From the NCBI RefSeq assembly GCF_006345805.1, contig NC_042997.1:186558001-186622000 (forward strand): 64,000 nt of DNA, given 5' to 3'. Every line of letters starts with the position of its first letter. The stretch's first letter is position 1. The position numbers and the translations under genes are program-made. The stretch is from Octopus sinensis. Taxonomy: Eukaryota. Below are positions 37,150-49,710 of this stretch, one piece after another. The notes under the pieces are model-generated. The model was not told where the DNA came from. It worked only from the letters and a program-made list of their open reading frames with translations, and ran no database searches.

Positions 37150-38615
37150 AATATATAATATAATAATAATAATAATGAAATTATTGTATACAGTGCTCAG
37201 GTGCATCACAACTTGTCAAAAGTGTGTATAAAGCATATGCAGTAATGTACAAATGTCTGGAAAGTGAAGAGTGCATGGGTCTGATACATGCTTGCATGTG
37301 TATGGAAGGGAGAAAATCAAGTGTAGTGTTGGCGAATCTCAGAAAGCATGGAAGTTTTGAAGGATGCAGTGCTCCGACAACTAACAACTGATGCCGGCAG
37401 TCTGTTCCATGCTTCAGCAACTCCTAGCATGAAAAAATGTTTCCGAAAGTCATGGGAGCTGTGCTGTTTTCTGACTTTGTAAACATGCCTACGGGTGTTA
37501 GACAGGTGGAGTTTGAAAAGGTGCTCAGAGTTATTGTTCATAAGATGGTTAATCATTTTATGGGTGTCTGCCAAGTCAGTTGTCAGATGTCGGAGTTTCA
37601 ATGTATCCATGCCCAGGGAAGTAAGGCGTTCAGAATATGGCAAATGCCCGATGGAGGGTATTCTCTCGGTTGCACATCGCTGAATGGTTTCCAGATGATT
37701 AATATTCTGGGAAAGATAGGGGTTCCAGACTGGTGATGCAAATTCCAGGTGAGGCCACACCATAGCTATATAAAGCCTCAGATAGATAGCCAGAGAGCAG
37801 CTCACAAAGGACTTGGTGAGTGATGCCAAGACACCCTCAGCCTTCTTAGCAATTTTAGTAATGTGTTTTGTCCAACGCAAATCACTGTCAACAATAACAC
37901 CCAGGTCACATTCACAAGAAGACTTTTTGAGATTAGTGTTGTGGAGGGAGTAATTAGATGCCGAGTTTTCCTCCCAAAATGCATGGTGGTACATTTGTTC
38001 ACAGCCAGCTTGAGTTGCCAGTCCATGATCCATTGCTGCATTGTGTCCAGGTCTGATTGCAATAAAGATCTATAGTGTACAGGATCTGTCCTCTTTATTT
38101 CCAGCTACAGCTTGATGTCATCTGCATATTTCAGCACTGTGGCATTCTTTAAGTTGGCATCTATGTCATTAATATATGCAACAAATAAAAGAGGGCCAAG
38201 AACAGATCCCTGTGGTACACCAGATGTCATCTCATAGGGTGAAGAGTGCTGTCCTAGAACTGTGACAACCTCTTTGTGGCTAATAATGAAAGACTTCAAC
38301 CAGTTATAGAGATCATCTCTTACACCCATTGCAGAGAGTTTCACCATAAGTTTTTTGTGTGACACAGAATTAAAAGCCTTAGCAAAGTCCAGGTAAACAA
38401 CATCCACCCAGGAGCCGCCATATAAATTCAAGCAACATCCAGTCACTGATATTGCAACAAGCAAAGAAGCTAGTTTCAAACTCTCTGTAAGAGATGAATG
38501 CTGTAACTGTACTGGCAAGTAATGTTTGTCACCACTTCAGCATGGCTGTTCTATTTGAATGGACATTACTGTGATTTTTTTTAACCCCAAGAAGACATTT
38601 CCTCTAGCTGGTTAA
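37150..38615 (-). mobile_element. 5'-truncated CR1/L2-type LINE (decayed reverse transcriptase, 3' UTR, (ATT)n tail)
   Basis: VDVVYLDFAKAFNSVSH, TSGVPQGSVLGPLLF, YADD, LGVIVDSDLRW, LEFASPVWNP, AWNRLP; frameshifted across ORFs 38105-38518, 37802-38062 and 37317-38033. Confidence 0.95.
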
Positions 38616-38839
38616 CAATTTTGTTTCTATATGATACTTATTTCTTCTTCCCTATATTGCTACCATGCTAGCAATGGACTGATGAACATGTTACTGAGGA
38701 GCTGTTTTACAGCCTTTCCTGTCATTAATTCTTTGATTTTTCTCTTTCAAGTAAGTAATCTCTTATTTCACACATCTTCAAAGGCACAAACACAGCAGAT
38801 GGTTTGTGGATAGGGGTAAATGGTAACAACAGCGACTGA

Positions 38840-39144
38840 GGGAGGGAGAGAGAGAGAGAGAGGGCGAGAGAGACACAGAGAGAGACAGACAGAGAGACAA
38901 ACAGAGAGATAAACAGAAAGAAAAAGAGACAAACAGAGAGAGAGAGAGACAGAGAGAGTGACAAACAGAGAGAGAGACAAACAGAGAGAGAGACAAACAG
39001 AGAGAGAGACAAACAGAGAGAGAGAGAGACAAACAGAGAGAGAGAGAGAGAGAGGACAAACAGAGAGAGAGAAAGAGAGACAAACAGAGACAGAGAGAGA
39101 CAAACACAGAGAGAGACAAACAGACAGACAGAGACAGAGACAAG

Positions 39145-39176
<32 letters not shown>

Positions 39177-39185
39177 AAGAAAAAG
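38840..39185. repeat. (GA)n/GACA polypurine tract
   Basis: Direct reading. Confidence 0.9.
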
Positions 39186-39499
39186 AAAATAGAGAATGTA
39201 GAATATATATATATGTATCTATAAGTGTGTGTGTGTGTTTGTGTGTGTTTGTATTTCATTGTCCTGACACTACACAATAATTGCAAATGAGCATCAAGTC
39301 GTGCAAATGGTGCACTTCATTTCTAACATGCTGAAGAAATAAAACTTGGCTTGTCAGCAAGTGAAGGTTAATGACAGGAAGAGCGTCGAACCATAACAAC
39401 ATCTGCCTTAACAAATCCTGTACCATCAATCATGGACTCTTCCGTCATTAGACAATGAATGAGTGTTCGGGAATTTCTTGCCAAACAACCACACAGATG

Positions 39500-39605
39500 A
39501 TTTGTTTATAAATACAGCAGAGTGCCAGGCATCTTGGTCTTTTGTCATCTCACCTGAAAGGTTCATTGTCCTGCTGTCATTCTTCAGTACTTCATCCCAC
39601 ATCAT
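39500..39605 (-). mobile_element. RTE-like LINE C-terminal fragment
   Basis: WDEVLKNDSRTMNLSGEMTKDQDAWHSAV resembles the RTE W.D.V..D......E...DR..W tail motif. Confidence 0.6.
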
Positions 39606-39619
39606 TGAAATTTCAAAGC

Positions 39620-40143
39620 TCACTCCTTCCATCAAACTGATGTTACCTGTACAGGTGCACCATGTGCCACATGTCAGATGATGAGGTGCTTTGCTCAAAA
39701 ACACAATGCAATGCCTGGTCTGGGAATTGAAACCATGATCTCGCAATTGCAAGAGTAACACCCTAACCACTAAGCCATGTGCATTCACCCATACAAGCAT
39801 GAAAATAGGATTAAGACCTCTTTCAGTAATGAATGACCATGGGATTGCACCTAGGAAGTTCCCCTCTGAGGCATGAGTCCAAGAAAAGTTGCTTATGGAA
39901 GACCAGCATTTGCCCATGCCTACCAGCCTCCTCTCTCTATGCCCCCGATGTCATCCAAGGGAAAGGCAAAGGCTGATGCAACTTGGCACCAGTGATGTCA
40001 CAACTCATTTCTACAACTGCATGGACTGGAGCAAGGTGAAATAAAGTGTCTTGCTCAAGAACACAGCATACAGCCCGGTCCAGGAATCAAACTCACTACC
40101 TCATGATTGTGAGCCCAGTACTCTAACCACTGAGCCATGTGCC
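39620..40143 (-). mobile_element. SINE family D copies (39620-39790 partial; 39800-40143 near full)
   Basis: Head GGCACATGGCTCAGTGGTTAGAG (A box) ... GTTTGATTCC (B box) and CORE-like TTCTTGAGCAAGACACTT. Confidence 0.82.
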
Positions 40144-41043
40144 TTTGGAGTATGAAAACAATGTCGAAGATGTTGTTCATGAAACAATATTGTGGATCTA
40201 AAATAAAAAGGCGGTGCACCAGCATGGCCACAACCAAATGACTGAAACAAGTAAAAAGAGTAAAAAAAGAGTAAAAAAGAGTAAAATATGTAACAAAATA
40301 AAGCAAGAAAATACATATTGATAAGATTATTAAAAAACCTGTTTTCTTCTAATTCATTTTTTTCATTCTTTAGCTCTTTCCTACACACACACACTCACAC
40401 ACACACACACACACACGTATGCATACTTATTCTGGTACATTTTGAAGAAGAGATGTCACTTCCACTTGCTCTGTGCGGCAATTCAAGCAACAACACTCCA
40501 TTGCTTTATTTCATATTGTTTGGACTATCAGGTCGTTGTTCTGTTCACACCAATCTGGGTTTTTTTTATTACATTTCAATTTACCTTGGGCCATTTTTAT
40601 TTCATTTTGAATTCTTCTTCTTTCATTCGCCCTTAACCTTTTCAATTCATTTTGTTTCAAATCTATATTTTAAATCAATTTTGATTTCTTTCTTTTACCA
40701 TTTTATAAAATATATTTCATAAAGTTATGGTTGTATATGTACACACATACATGCATAAATACATACATATGTACATGCATATCTGCATAAATGCTTACAT
40801 ACATACACACATACATATATTCATACATACATACATACATGCATGCATGCATACATACATACATACATACATACATACATACATACATACATACATACAT
40901 AAATACATACATACATACACATATATAGATACACACATACATACACAAACATACATATATACATATATATATGTATGCATGTATGTATATATATATATAT
41001 ACATATATGCATTTATATGTATCCATATATGTATATATGTATG

Positions 41044-41109
<66 letters not shown>

Positions 41110-41559
41110 ATACAAACCTATATACAGATATATATATATATATTATACACACACATAGTATTAAAATATTATATGCATATATGTATGTGTATATGTATAT
41201 ATGCACACACACGCGTGTGTGTGTGTACATATATACATATTCACATGCATATACACACATAACATTTTAATACTTTTTATCATATTTTTATAATATTTAT
41301 TTTTATCAGATAAAGAAAAAAATTTTAATCATCTGTATCTCATTTTTTTTATCATTTTTTTTATCATCTTTTTTATCATCTTTTTTATCATCTTTTTGCA
41401 TGTGCTCGTGTGTGTGTGTGTGCATATTTTTTTTTTATCATCTATATCACCTTTTAAGATTCATCAACTATTCCACAGGCTGTTCGTTGCTTCATTGCTT
41501 TAATGTAACATAGCATTCACCCACATATATTTTTTTAAAATTTTAATATGCATCTTTCT

Positions 41560-42980
41560 GTCAGTTTTGCATTCAGGTAGGTTTTACTTATTTACTTAGC
41601 ATAAATGTGTGTAACGAAACACGTGTAAGATGCATGTGTGTAGAAATATGTAAAACAAATGTGAAAGTGTGTATATGTATTTGCATGTATGTGTTACATA
41701 AATAAGTCAAATTTTGCATTCAGGTAGGTTTTACTTATATACTGAGCATATGCTAGCATGGGTTGGATGGTTCAACTTCCCAGACCCCAGTTGAACCGTC
41801 CAACCCATGCTAGCATGGAAAACGGACGTTAAACGATGATGATGAAATCTATGTAATGAAACATGTGTAAGACGCATGTATGTAGAAATATGCAAAAATT
41901 GTGAAAGTGTGTATATGTATTTGTATGTGTGTGTTACATAAATAAGTCAAATTTTGCATTTAGGTAGGTTTTACTTATTTACTAAGCATAAATCTATGCA
42001 ACGAAACACGTGTAAGATGCATGTATGTAGAAATATGTAAAAAAATGTGAAAGTGTGTATATGAATTTGTATGTGTGTGTTACATAAATAAGTCAAATTT
42101 TGCATTTAGGTAGGTTTTACTTATTTACTAAGCATAAATCTATGCAACGAAACACGTGTAAGATGCATGTATGTAGAAATATGTAAAAAAATGTGAAAGT
42201 GTGTATATGAATTTGTATGTGTGTGTTACATAAATAAGTCAAATTTTGCATTTAGGTAGGTTTTACTTATTTACTAAGCATAAATCTATGCAACGAAACA
42301 CGTGTAAGATGCATGTATGTAGAAATATGTAAAAAAATGTGAAAGTGTGTATATGAATTTGTATGTGTATGTTACATAAATAAGTCAAATTTTGCATTTA
42401 GGTAGGTTTTACTTATTTACTGAGCATAAATCTGTGTAATGAAACACGTGTAAGATGCATGTATGTAGAAATATGTAAAAAAACGTGAAAGTGTGTATAT
42501 GAATTTGTATGTGTGTGTTACATAAATAAGTCAAATTTTGCATTCAGGTAGGTTTTACTTATTTACTGAGCATAAATCTGTGTAATGAAACACGTGTAAG
42601 ATGCATGTATGTAGAAATATGTAAAAAAACCTGAAAGTGCGTATATGCATTTGTATGTGTGTGTTACATAAATAAGTCAAATTTTGCATTTAGGTAGGTT
42701 TTACTTATTTACTGAGCATAAATCTGTGTAATGAAACACGTGTAAGATGCATGTATGTAGAAATATGTAAAAAAACGTGAAAGTGTGTATATGAATTTGT
42801 ATGTGTGTGTTACATAAATAAGTCAAATTTTGCATTCAGGTAGGTTTTACTTATTTACTGAGCATAAATCTGTGTAATGAAACACGTGTAAGATGCATGT
42901 ATGTAGAAATATGTAGAAATATGTAAAAATATGAAAGGGTGTATATGTATTTGTATGTGTGTGTTACATAAATAAGTCAA
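41560..42980. repeat. Tandem array of a 146-bp unit, about 9 copies
   Basis: AATAAGTCAA recurs at 41941, 42087, 42233, 42379, 42525, 42671 and 42817 (period 146), then 42971 (period 154). Confidence 0.97.
41750..41844 (+). mobile_element. Family C 3'-end fragment forming a 28-bp-arm hairpin, inserted in unit 2 of the array
   Basis: ATGCTAGCATGGGTTGGATGGTTCAACT-[11 nt]-AGTTGAACCGTCCAACCCATGCTAGCAT then GGAAAACGGACGTTAAACGATGATGATG. Confidence 0.85.
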
Positions 42981-43506
42981 AGCAAGAACACTACCGAACC
43001 TTTTTATAACTTCATATAAATTCATATTCTTATATAGTCTTTATAGATTTGATATTGCTTATCCTCTCTCTCTCTCTCTTTCTCTTTCGTTCTCTCTCTC
43101 TCTTTCTCTCTCATTTGCTTTCTATTGTATACCAACAATAGACAGCAGAAGACATCTAATCACAACATGGCAGGACAGATTGCAATTATCAAAACTAATC
43201 AGAATCCGTTAAGCTGAGATTCTGAAAATGTTTGTACACTTTGAAGAAGAACAATTTTGCCATCCAATTCCAGTTTGCGCTGTAGAAAATCTTGTAGGAG
43301 GAGACAAACTATGAGCGAGACAATTTGCTGAACTAATGTGTTTTTGTGCCATTTCCACTTTTCTATAAATACTTTTGTATATACAATTTTGTGTTGACAA
43401 AGCTGACAAAGGTGAAGATATGGCTGTGTGGTTAAGATGTTTTCTTTCCAAACTACATCATTTCAGGTTCAATCCCACTGCATGGCATCTTGGACAAGTA
43501 TCTTCT

Positions 43507-43738
43507 TATTTCTTTATTGCCCTCAAGGGGCTAAACATAGAGGGGACGAACAAGGACAGACAAACGGATTAAGTCGATTACATCGACATCAGTGCGTAAC
43601 TGGTACTTAATTTATCGACCCCGAAAGGATGAAAGGCAAAATCGACCTCGGCGAAATTTGAACTCAGAACGCAATGGCAGACGAAATACTGCTAAGCATT
43701 TCGCCCGACATGCTAACGTTTCTGCCAGCTCGCCGCCC
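43507..43738 (-). mobile_element. SINE family B, full length (232 bp) with 8-bp TSD TATCTTCT
   Basis: TATCTTCT at 43499-43506 and 43739-43746; the paralogous empty site reads TGTCTTCT. Confidence 0.92.
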
Positions 43739-44075
43739 TATCTTCTGCTATAGATAGATAGTTCTGGGCTGACTAAAGACTTGTGAGCAGATTTAGTAAA
43801 CAGAAACTGAAAGAAGCCCACACACTCACTCATACACAAATACACACACACACACACAAAAACATACACACACACACACAAATACATACACACACTCACA
43901 TACATTCTCCTCACATATGCTTGTGACAAAGGTGAAGATATGACTTTGTGATTAAGATGTTTTCTTTCCAAACTACATCGTTTGAGGTTCAATCCTGGTG
44001 CTTGGCATCCTGGACAAGTGTCTTCTGCTATAGATAGATAGTTCTGGGCTGACTAAAGGCTTGTGAGCAGATTTC

Positions 44076-44486
44076 ATCATCATCATCGTTTAGCGTCCGC
44101 TTTCCATGCTAGCATGGGTTGGACAGTTCAACTGGGGTCTGGGAAGCCAGAAGGCTGCACCAGGCCCAGTTTGATCTGGCAATGTTTCTACGGCTGGATG
44201 CCCTTCCTAACGCCAACCACTCCATGAGTGTAGTCGGTGCTTTTTACGTGCCAGACGAGTCTGGCAAACGGCCACAATCGGATGGTGCTTTTTATGTGCC
44301 ACCGGCATGGGGCCAGGCGAGGCTGGCAATTGCCACGAACGGATGGTGCTTTTTACGTGCCATCGGCACGTGGGCCAGGCGAGACTGGTAACGGCCACGA
44401 ACGGATGGTGCTTTTTACGTGCCACCGGCACAAGGCCAGTCGGGGCGGCGCTGGCAACGGCCACGAACGGATGGTGCTTTTTACGT
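44076..44486 (-). mobile_element. Family C retroposon with internal ~60-bp VNTR (about 4.5 units)
   Basis: CATCATCATCGTTTAGCGTCCGC...; GGCCAC.AACGGATGGTGCTTTTTACGTGCCA repeated. Confidence 0.88.
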
Positions 44487-44879
44487 AAACAGAAACTGAA
44501 AGAAGCCCACACACTCACTCATACACAAATACACACACACACACATTCTCCTCACATACACACACACATATGCTTGTGTACACACACACACGCACACACT
44601 TTAACCAGGTCACTGCAGTCTCCATTCCCACCCTTGTCTCCAACCACTTCTTTCCTCCCAGCCAATTCAACATGCCACCGATAATCCAGACGTCTTATTT
44701 TTCTCTATATTTTTCTTTTCCTTTTCTCTGTTTTCTCTCTTCATTTATTTTTTTCTGTAGCAGACAGCAAGCTCGAAATGTCTCCCGTTTTTCTTGAGAA
44801 TCAAATAAAATTAATATATCATGTCTATTATTCCCTTACATGTCTCTATCTTTTGATTTTTTTATGTTTTTAGTACAAT

Positions 44880-44968
44880 TGTGGCGGCGGCGCTGACAGT
44901 GGTGGTAATGACAACGATGACGATGATGATGGTCGTGGTGGTGATGATGATGACTACAATGATGATGA

Positions 44969-45002
<34 letters not shown>

Positions 45003-45079
45003 GGTGGTGGTGGTGGTGGTGGTGGTGGTGGTGGTGATGATGATGATGGTGGTGGTGGTGGTGGTGGTGGTGGTGGTGG

Positions 45080-45113
<34 letters not shown>

Positions 45114-45268
45114 AGTGGTGATGGTGGTGGTGATGGTGGTAGTGGTGGTGGTGGTGGTGGTGGTGGTGGTGGTGGTAGTGGTGGTGGTGGTGGTGGTGGT
45201 AGTGGTGGTGGTGATGATGACTACAATGATGAAGATGAAGATGATGATGATGATGATGATGGTGGTGG

Positions 45269-45310
<42 letters not shown>

Positions 45311-45400
45311 CGACGACGACGATGAAGATGATGATCATGATCATGATCATGATGGCTACACAGATGAAGATTAAGATGAAGATGAAGACAATTGTCATGT
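44880..45400. repeat. (GAT)n/(GGT)n compound microsatellite
   Basis: Direct reading. Confidence 0.95.
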
Positions 45401-46027
45401 CATCCATAGTTTACACTTGCAGCATCCACAGTAATTATACACGTAACACTTTTTATCTTAGATCCACAACGGGTTTAACGCCTCTCTATTTTCATCAGTA
45501 GCTGATTTATGACTTCTTTTGATGATTCATTGTTATCCCTATTAAAAGTCAAGCAACACATGTCCCACTCCTGTCTCAAAAAATATAATAAGCATCTCAA
45601 AAAAGTATTGGGTAACACTTTGTAGTTGCATTAAGGTTTGAAGCACCAGTTGCTACCGAAAAGGGCAAACCATATTCTTTGATTTACTCAACATGCTTTG
45701 TACAGAATACAATACTAGAGACCTTTTGCTTTAGTATTTCCCAGATGTTGTGTTCTTGCTTTTGTTTTTGTTTATTTTTACCACTCCTGAGTCACTGCGT
45801 ATATCTTGGTCAATGTTTTCTTCACAATAAACACTTATGTATGACTAATGAAGCTTTACAGCATGACACATTTTTACACACAGTTCTGCTACTAAGAATT
45901 TGTCGACTTAAATTGATTGAGCTGGAGAGGAGAAAAACGATGACAGTTGTGATGTGCTAGCAAGATGACAGTAAACTTTACGGTGACAAGAGCCAGCAGA
46001 ATTGTTAACACGCTGGGTATAATGTTC

Positions 46028-46231
46028 TCTCTTTACTCGTTTCAGTCATTTGACTGCAGCCATGCTGGAGCACCGCCTTTTTAGTCGAGCAAATCGCCCC
46101 CAGGACTTATTCTTTGTAAGCCTAGTAATTGTTCTATCGATCTCTTTTGCTGAACCGCTAAGTTACGGGGATGTAAACACACCAGCATCGGTTGTCAAGC
46201 GATGTTGGGGGGGACAAACACAGGCACACAA

Positions 46232-46298
<67 letters not shown>

Positions 46299-46392
46299 AT
46301 ATATACGATGGACTTCTTTTCAGTTTCTGACTACCAAATCCACTCACAAGGCTTTGGTCAGCCTGAGGCTATAGTAGAAGACACTTGCCCAA
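46028..46392 (-). mobile_element. SINE family A, 5'-truncated
   Basis: Match to family. Confidence 0.85.
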
Positions 46393-46479
46393 GAAATCAA
46401 CTTATTCCTTCCCCTGAAATTTCTAGCCTTGTGCCAAACTTGTGTGAAAATTTGATACCAATATGAGTGAACTTTAAAG

Positions 46480-46915
46480 GTGAGCTGGTAGAATCATTAG
46501 TATACCTGGCTAAATGCTTAGCAGTATTTTGTCCATAACATTCTGAGTTCAAATTTCACCATGGCCAACTTTCTCTTTCATCCTTTCAGGGTTGATAAAA
46601 TAAGTACCAGTTGAACAGTGAAGTTGATGCAATTGACTTAGTCCCTTCCTCGAAATTGCTGGCCTGGCACCAAAATTTAGTGGCATTTCATCTATCTGAG
46701 TTTAAATTCCACCAAGGTCGATTTTTTTCTTTCATCCTTTCAGAGCGAACAAAATAAGTACCAGTAACACATTGGGATCAATGTAACCGACTAGCCCCAT
46801 CCTGACAAATTTCATGCTTTGAACCTATAGTAGAAAGGAATATTTGTTCCATCTCTTTGCAATGCAGTTTCAAATCCTGCTGAGGTTAACTTGCCTTTCA
46901 CTATTTTGAGGTTGA
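46480..46915 (+). mobile_element. Degenerate SINE family B cluster
   Basis: Three TCTGAGTT.AAATT.C.CC...TTTCATCCTTTCAG motifs. Confidence 0.7.
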
Positions 46916-46919
46916 TAAG

Positions 46920-47225
46920 CAACTGCCTGACTGGCTCCTGTGTCGGTGGCACATAAAAAGCACCATTTGAGCATGGTCGATGCCAGTGCCGCTTGACTAG
47001 CCACCATGCTGGTGGCACATAAAAAGTACCATTTGAGCATGGTTGATGCCAGTACCACCTGACTAGCCACCATGCTGGTGGCATGTAAAAAGCACCCACT
47101 ACACTCTCGCAGTGGTTGATGTTAGGAAGGGCATCCAGCTGCAGAAACATTACCAGATCAGATTGGAGCCTGGTGCAGCCTCCTGTCTTGCCAGTCCTCA
47201 GTTAAATTCATCGTTAAACGATGAA
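46920..47225 (+). mobile_element. Family C retroposon with ~66-bp VNTR
   Basis: GGTGGCACATAAAAAG.ACCATTTGAGCATGGT.GATGCCAGT repeated, then GTTAGGAAGGGCATCCAGC. Confidence 0.8.
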
Positions 47226-47714
47226 TAAACAAAAGAATCAGATTAGATGTCTTGTAGTGTTTGTTCCAGTTCTCTCCATTCTAAATTTCAAGACCAAACA
47301 TATCAGAGACTGAACTCATGACACTTTCACTACATTAACTAAATATCAAAAATCTCACAACCAAATGATGTCAGGGGTTTATTATGGCCATCATTCAGAC
47401 ACTTTCTTGTCATAAGCCCTTGCAAGTTTTTCCAGAGGAACTCAAAAGAACAGATAGAACAGACATTTTGTTGATAAGAACTGTCAACAGATGTTACTAG
47501 TTACGGCCCAGCCACAACTGGTGATGTCACCATTTGTTACCATAGCTGAACATAGTTTGCACACAAATACACATACACAAATGCATGCATGCATACAAGG
47601 TATTCTTTTCAGTTTCTACTTATCAAAATCCCTCCGAAAGCATTGGTTGAGCAAAGGCTATCTTTGGTAGATGACACTTGCCCACGGTGCCATGCCATGG
47701 AACTGATTGATGTA

Positions 47715-47986
47715 TATATATATCACTGTGATTACTGTGACTGACCAGGCTATCAGATGTTGCTACACGTCGTTGGTCACAATGCGCTTTGCATTGTTTT
47801 AGCCTTCAAATGACGCCACCCCACTGGCTAAGCAAGCAGGCCAACAGAAGAAAGAGTGAGAGAAAGTTATGGCGAAAGAGTACAGCAGGGATCCCCCCCC
47901 CCGCGCCAGAGCCTCGTGGACCTTTAGGTGTTTTCACTCAATAAACTCTCACAACGCCCGGTCTGGGAATCGAAACCATGATCCTA

Positions 47987-47987
<1 letters not shown>
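47715..47987 (-). mobile_element. tRNA-derived SINE of another family (single copy here)
   Basis: Minus strand begins with B-box GGTTTCGATTCCC and ends GGTCAGTCACAGTAATCACAGTGATA before (TA)n. Confidence 0.5.
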
Positions 47988-48019
<32 letters not shown>

Positions 48020-48886
48020 CACACACATACACATATATACTTCTTGTGTTACTGTATTGGTTGGCCCTAGTTTTTCATTTCATTTGCATGCTGTTAGCAT
48101 CCTTGTTTAATCGTTGGGCATCCATGACTTCAGTAATATTCACTGTTTTTGGCACAATTAGAAGAGTTGTACCATAAATTTAAACATGCTGAAACTATAC
48201 AGATTCTGGTCACTAAGGCTGATGAGAGGATTTTCATGCTTGTTTCTACTTTTCCAATAATCATTTCCCATGTTCCATTTAAATTTTCACTACACACACA
48301 CACACACACACACATACACACATATGAACACAAATATATTTCCAGAATCAAAAAGACTCCAGATAAAAACCTGACTGACGAAATAGACTTAACTATATCA
48401 TTTTTATTTCCCTTTAGTTAATTGTCATATATGTCTTTTACTGTTATTTATACACACACATACATATGTGTTTAGACATGTGTGTGTGAGTGGTGTATAT
48501 ATATATATATATAAATATATATATATTCGTGAATTTCATCACACACAACATGGACCAAATTTCTTCCTAAGAAAAAATATATATTCAAATAAATTAAACA
48601 TAATATCATGAATAACGATAGCGAAACCAGTCGATATATTAAAAAGTATATTAAAACCATGTAAGTGTGCATATTTTCCTTTTTTAATTTCTTATATATA
48701 TATATAAGGATAAGATCATTATTTAAATACTGATCTTATCAGGTGGCCAGCATGTGAATAAAAATCTTCAAATGTAATAATAAATGTGGTTTTAGAGTCA
48801 AGTTTTGGTTGCTATTTCCAGCGTGGGTGTATCTCTTAGATACCCTAAATTATAATTTTGATAATATATGTGTGTGTGTATGTATG

Positions 48887-48917
<31 letters not shown>

Positions 48918-49312
48918 TGAGAGAGAGAGAGAGAGAGAGAGACTGAGATAAATAGATAGATAGATAGATAGATAGATAGATTTATATATATATATACATA
49001 CACATATGCTTAAATGATATATATATAGTTATGCATGATGATAAATTGTACTGATATGCATACATCTCTAAACAGACAAATATTACAAGAATTCATATAG
49101 ACTTCTCACAATATTCATTCATACACTTATGACAATGTATGTATTTGTTTGTGCATGCTTGTGCTTTCCTTTCCTTTCCTTTTCTTCCCTTTTCTTTTTA
49201 TTTATTTACTTTTTTATTTTATTTATTTATTTATTTATTTTGTATGTTAAAATGTTTCTAGAAAGAAATACCTTCTGGAGTGATAGTGTGAGGCCGTATG
49301 CGAAGTAGATTG

Positions 49313-49343
<31 letters not shown>

Positions 49344-49439
49344 GATAAGATAGAGTGTCTGAGAAAGTGAAAGTATATTGTGTAATATAGAGAAAGCAAA
49401 AGAGAGAGAGACACACACACACAGGCAGACAAAAGGAAT

Positions 49440-49710
49440 AGGAGAGAAAGAAGAAGTGGGTGACAGTGTGTGGGGGAGTAGGGATGCAAGAGGCGGGCGG
49501 GGGGGTTCTTAAGTGAAGTGGCGGGAAGGTTGGTAATGTGGCTGGCGCGGTTGGAGTGACAGAAGGAATGCATGCCAAGGATGCAGCATGCAAAAGAATT
49601 CCGTTGTTGTATCTTCTTCCGAAACAAATTCTAACAGTAGCAGAGATGCCGCTCTCACCATCTTGTTGTGTGTGCAGCAACATATGTTCCACAAAGATAC
49701 GTGTGTGTGT
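49440..49710. promoter_or_regulatory. GC/CpG-enriched unique island, possible promoter or first exon
   Basis: GAGGCGGGCGGGGGGG GC-box-like motif, several CpGs, and minus-strand CAAGATG|GTGAGA donor-like site. Confidence 0.25.

Larger units (their letters stand above)
43405..44580 (+). repeat. Old tandem duplication of a SINE A 5' half plus flank (43405-43922; 43925-44580)
   Basis: GACAAAGGTGAAGATATG...GCTATAGATAGATAGTTCTGGGCTGACTAAAG...CACATTCTCCTCACATA twice. Confidence 0.85.

Noticed and set aside
41560-42980. Possible CRISPR-like array
   Set aside because: Units are contiguous near-identical 146-mers without unique spacers; eukaryotic context and no cas genes
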